A stretch of 64,000 bases of DNA from positions 188,978-252,977 of the forward strand of contig JBEIPA010000003.1 in the NCBI GenBank assembly GCA_040377305.1, given 5' to 3'. The notes under the pieces were generated by a model. That model made no database searches. It saw only the letters and a program-made list of their open reading frames with translations, and had not been told where the DNA came from. Positions 60,711-64,000 of the stretch are shown in pieces. Position numbers and translations under genes: made by a program. How positions within the stretch are numbered: the first letter of the stretch is position 1; each line of letters begins with the position of its first letter. The DNA is from Flavobacteriales bacterium (GTDB lineage Bacteria > Bacteroidota > Bacteroidia > Palsa-965).

Positions 60711-61495
60711 AAAATACAGTTCTAAAAATTCTAGTAATATGCGGATTGATGCAAATTTTATCTTGCAGTGAGGGATACTTGCCTGGATTTGATTTTAATT
60801 CCTTTGAAGCAACCCCAGTTGAGGAACTTGCAGATGCAGTTGAAGCTGACGATCCTGATGCAATCGCGGAGTTTTTGTTGCAAAACAAAAAATTGATAGA
60901 CTATCAGGAACAAGAGTTTGGCCACAGTGTACTTTTTTTAGCTGTAGTTAATCATAAATACAATGCTGTAAAATCCTTGTTGGGTCATGGAGCAAGTATT
61001 TCTTTGAAAGATTACTCTGATAGTTCAGACGTTCTAATGACACTGTGTAAAGGGTACGGAGACAATGAATGCGACACAACAATGCTTGGAATATTGCTAC
61101 AGGATAATCCGGATTTGCGAACGTTTTGTTACGACTCTCAGGGAAATAGGATAACGTTGCTATGTAAAGCATCGGACTCCATGTTTGGGTGCATGTCATT
61201 TATTCAGATGCTTGTATCTGCAGGAGCTGATGTTAATTATAATCCCGAGAACAAACCGGATTGCAGTCCAGTATGTGCAGCATTATTGGTAGATCGATTA
61301 GATTTAGCACGTTATTATCTGATTGACTGTAAAGCCGAAGTCGCTGAGTATCTATTTTTACGTCCGCAAGGAGATGCAAGAGTTCCGGTTACAATTACTC
61401 AGTTCTTGAATGAGCAAAGCTATGCGAGCGACCCAAAACAGCAGCAGCTCAAGGAAGAAATACTTGCGTACTTAAAATCAATTGGTAAAGAATGA
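60707..61495 (+). CDS. Ankyrin-repeat lipoprotein, putative cognate immunity protein
   Basis: Lipobox ILSC; FGHSVLFLAV...VKSLLGHGA, MLVSAGADVN; ATGA overlap with the lipase stop. Confidence 0.82.
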   Translation: MKNTVLKILVICGLMQILSCSEGYLPGFDFNSFEATPVEELADAVEADDPDAIAEFLLQNKKLIDYQEQEFGHSVLFLAVVNHKYNAVKSLLGHGASISLKDYSDSSDVLMTLCKGYGDNECDTTMLGILLQDNPDLRTFCYDSQGNRITLLCKASDSMFGCMSFIQMLVSAGADVNYNPENKPDCSPVCAALLVDRLDLARYYLIDCKAEVAEYLFLRPQGDARVPVTITQFLNEQSYASDPKQQQLKEEILAYLKSIGKE

Positions 61496-61511
61496 TCCGC
61501 TTCGTGCTAAA

Positions 61512-61558
61512 AAGCGCGTGAGGAGCAACGCAACGTGTTGGTGAGGGAGCAAAGGTTG
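61512..61558 (+). repeat. 47-bp direct repeat, copy 2
   Basis: AAGCGCGTGAGGAGCAACGCAACGTGTTGGTGAGGGAGCAAAGGTTG, starting 17 nt after the ankyrin gene stop. Confidence 0.85.
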
Positions 61559-61759
61559 TAAGGTCTCCGTGGGAATGTGCGGCTGTGTCCTTACAACACC
61601 ATACAAAAGGTATGACCATTACAACTGGTAAGCAACGAGTGATTGCATTCGACAGAAGAGGGATTCTGATTTTAATGGTTGCGGCTTCAAAGGGAAGTGA
61701 AGGCTGCGAGTCAAACTCATCGATGGTGAAACAAACGTAGGATTCAGTTGAAACAATTC

Positions 61760-61799
61760 AATCCGCTCCAAAAGCAAAAATCCGCTTTTGGAGCGGATT
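61760..61799. terminator. Strong hairpin downstream of the minus-strand tRNA-like end
   Basis: AATCCGCTCCAAAAGC-N8-GCTTTTGGAGCGGATT. Confidence 0.65.
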
Positions 61800-61830
61800 A
61801 AAGCCATTTGAAACTGACTGAAAGTGATTT

Positions 61831-61857
61831 TGTGCACCCGTAGAGAATCGAACCTCC
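61831..61857 (-). pseudogene. tRNA-like 3' end (T-loop plus acceptor strand, Arg-like)
   Basis: Minus strand GGAGG-TTCGATT-CTCTA-CGGGTGC-A-CA; T stem imperfect, upstream part not tRNA-like. Confidence 0.45.
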
Positions 61858-61947
61858 GTCCGCAGTAATCTAATTATAGCGATTCACTTCAAGCGAATTA
61901 CAACTCTCCGGTTTTTCTGAAAGCAAACCTTCGAATATTCGAAGGCT

Positions 61948-62580
61948 TCACTTTTCTACTACAACCTCTGCCGCGCCTTTCGGTCTCACCACTTTCGGTT
62001 TATACACTTTCCGCTTCACACCAATCACTTTCTGTATCGCCGGCTTGTAATTCTTCGCGGTATCATCCGGAATTTTTCCGGAGAGGTAAGCTGCAATTTT
62101 CGGGCTTGCAGTAATGATTGCGTAACCGAGCAGAACCATTGTACACGTCCAGATGAGTTCAGGAATTGTGCCGGGACGCGGTTCCATATCGGATGAGATT
62201 ATCTGCCACAACCATAGAAGTTGTGAACCTACTTCGGAGATGTTGGAGAGCAAAAACATTCCACCCAGAACAATCATCGCCATTTGCAAAACAGTTCGCT
62301 TGCTTACTTGCCATGTGAGTTCAACATCCGGATCTTTTCTGAACACGCGCGCGATAAGTGTGCGTGAACGGAACACCAGAAAATATCCGAAGAAAGAATA
62401 CACTGCGAACCCAATCAAAGACGGAAAAAGCAAAGCCAATATGCTTATTCTTCCATTGCTGATTCGTTCGTACTCGGGTAGGAAGGTGAGTAGTGCAATG
62501 ATCACCTGACTGAGTGCGTTGAGCAGCATGTACACTCCATAAAACTTGAGTATGATTTCGAATAAATCGTTCCGTCTCAT
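61948..62580 (-). CDS. Hypothetical membrane protein (4 TM)
   Basis: Four hydrophobic segments and a basic tail; 4-bp overlap with the upstream gene. Confidence 0.75.
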   Translation of the reverse strand: MRRNDLFEIILKFYGVYMLLNALSQVIIALLTFLPEYERISNGRISILALLFPSLIGFAVYSFFGYFLVFRSRTLIARVFRKDPDVELTWQVSKRTVLQMAMIVLGGMFLLSNISEVGSQLLWLWQIISSDMEPRPGTIPELIWTCTMVLLGYAIITASPKIAAYLSGKIPDDTAKNYKPAIQKVIGVKRKVYKPKVVRPKGAAEVVVEK

Positions 62581-63155
62581 TTCTCGTTCTTTTCAGTTAC
62601 ACAATACACTCCCGATTCTTCCACCGGATATTTTTTATCGAGATCAACATTATTAAAACTCTCTGCATTTCCCCATCCAAAGAATTTCTGAAAGAATGGG
62701 AGAAGCTTATTCGTTTTGATCTGCTCCAGAAAGTAGACTTCATGTTCCTTTTCTTTGATGCCCATGTCGTACAGCATCTGGTCGTGCTCAGTAATGCCGA
62801 GTGAGTTGAACATTTGTTTCATCCGGAAATATTCACAAACGTTTCCGCTTTCTAATCGTCCTGCAAAGTAAAAAGGCATGAACCATCCGATCACGTAACA
62901 GCTCGCTGAAATTATTTTTCCGATAACGTGCATCTTGAACTCGTACCACTTCGAAACCGGCACGTCGTATTTTTTCATCAACGCCAGCACTTCTTCGCGA
63001 TGAAACCACTCGTCGTCTTCAATTTCTTTGATACGACGTTTTTCTTCTTTGCTCTTCACTGCGCCACCATGACCGACGTAAGCAAATGCAGCAGCTTTCT
63101 CACCGGAGTAGGCTTGTTGCATGAGTTTGCAGAGGGCAGGGTGGTTCAGCTTCAC
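62577..63155 (-). CDS. Ferritin-like di-iron protein (COQ7/demethoxyubiquinone hydroxylase-like)
   Basis: AYSGEKAA...EDDEWFHR...RLESGN...EKEHE (E/ExxH twice); start reset to GTG 63155 because the track's longer N-terminus is translated repeat DNA. Confidence 0.8.
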   Translation of the reverse strand: MKLNHPALCKLMQQAYSGEKAAAFAYVGHGGAVKSKEEKRRIKEIEDDEWFHREEVLALMKKYDVPVSKWYEFKMHVIGKIISASCYVIGWFMPFYFAGRLESGNVCEYFRMKQMFNSLGITEHDQMLYDMGIKEKEHEVYFLEQIKTNKLLPFFQKFFGWGNAESFNNVDLDKKYPVEESGVYCVTEKNEK

Positions 63156-63187
63156 GAAGGCAAGATAAGAAGTTGAGGTGGGAAAAT

Positions 63188-63607
63188 GGAACGCGGATTT
63201 TGATGCCCGAGGCCTGTTAGCGTCTTGATGGATGATCGCGGTGAATAGAAGGGTAGGATTTTGGATTTTATGAGATAGGCTTGCGATGAGTTGTGGTAAA
63301 GTGAACGCGGATTTTGTTGCCCGAGGTGTGTTACTTCCTTGAGGTGTGTGTGTGGTAAATTGAATGGTAGGGTTTCGGATTTTATGAGATAGGCTTGAGA
63401 TGAGTTGTGGTAAAGTAAACGCGGATTTTGATGCCCGAAGCCTGTTAGCGTCTTTATGCATGATCGCGGTGAATAGAAGGGCAGGATTCTGGATCTTATG
63501 AGATACGTTTGAGTTTATCTCATAAAATCGAATGATGATTGTTGAAGTTTAACAGAGGCATCCTTGCGAAGCGCCTGGAAAACAACGGACCTAAAAATCC
63601 GCGTTCC
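63188..63607. repeat. MITE-like palindromic element, copy 2, with left arm triplicated (114-nt period)
   Basis: AACGCGGATTTTG at 63190, 63304 and 63418; TTATGAGATA in each unit; right end AAAATCCGCGTTCC. Confidence 0.85.
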
Positions 63608-63610
63608 AAT

Positions 63611-63985
63611 CTACGATAGCTTGTAAAGCATAAACTGCGCTACTGACGCACCTCGTTGTTTCGCTTCATCCGCTTTGGGTCCTGCAAAAAGTTCGTCGAT
63701 GGTTAAAGTCCATAGTTCCACCCAGCGTTCGAAGTGCTGCGATTGCATGGGCTCGAGCTTATTCAGTTTCACGTGAACTTCCATCACATTGCCTTTGTAG
63801 TTGCCGATACCGAGTAATAGACCGGTCCAGAAATCTGCAATTTTCGGAATGTGTTTCTCAAAATCCAACTGCACAACTTTCGTGAAGAAATGTCCGATCA
63901 CTGTATCTGGAACTGCTTTTTCATAGAACGACGTCACTAGGTTCAGGACATCTTCCTTCGATTCTATATCGCGCTTTGTATACAC
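63611..63985 (-). CDS. Group III truncated hemoglobin
   Basis: DIES..DV..LV..FY...D..IGHFF...HIPKIADFW...Y.GN.M..H...HFERW..LW..TIDELF.G..A..AK. Confidence 0.9.
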   Translation of the reverse strand: MYTKRDIESKEDVLNLVTSFYEKAVPDTVIGHFFTKVVQLDFEKHIPKIADFWTGLLLGIGNYKGNVMEVHVKLNKLEPMQSQHFERWVELWTLTIDELFAGPKADEAKQRGASVAQFMLYKLS

Positions 63986-64000
63986 GGTTCAAATGTAAGA

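Larger units (their letters stand above)
59386..61945. mobile_element. Putative small non-autonomous island carrying toxin/immunity cassettes
   Basis: 41-bp inverted repeats at 59386-59426 and 61905-61945, tRNA 3' remnants inside both ends, internal 47-bp direct repeats and visibly AT-richer cargo; no recombinase gene. Confidence 0.55.

Noticed and set aside
63156-63461. 102-aa N-terminal extension of the ferritin-like ORF
   Set aside because: It is the translation of the 114-nt repeat array; a GTG start with a TATCTTGC box just upstream lies at 63155.
63188-63530. Possible CRISPR array (conserved blocks alternating with variable segments)
   Set aside because: The variable segments are homologous to each other, the period is 114 nt with only three units, and no cas genes are present. 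It is a tandem duplication.

Overview
A 64-kb chromosomal segment of a Bacteroidota bacterium, indicated by gldF/gldG, a T9SS C-terminal-domain protein, TAnnTTTG -7 promoter boxes and the dnaN-DUF4340-gldG-gldF order. Most of it is housekeeping and envelope genes (pbpC fragment, tonB-like, ompH, add, dnaN, lysC, lysA, selD, selU, rpsT, radC, wecB, upp) mixed with many secreted hypotheticals. No integrase, transposase, reverse transcriptase, Cas gene or CRISPR array was seen. The most unusual part is a ~2.56-kb island at 59386-61945. It is bounded by 41-bp inverted repeats (38/41 identical), each followed inward by a tRNA 3'-end remnant. It carries an orphan immunity-like lipoprotein and a headless lipase toxin plus ankyrin immunity pair enclosed by 47-bp direct repeats. 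The intergenic DNA also holds several palindromic repeat families: a MITE-like element with a tandemly triplicated arm, REP/REPIN-like hairpins, and 6-8-mer tandem tracts facing their own reverse complement. Other points of note are a frameshifted beta-barrel gene, a four-box operator array and a GldG with an extra membrane domain. Product calls come from motif recognition by eye, not database searches.
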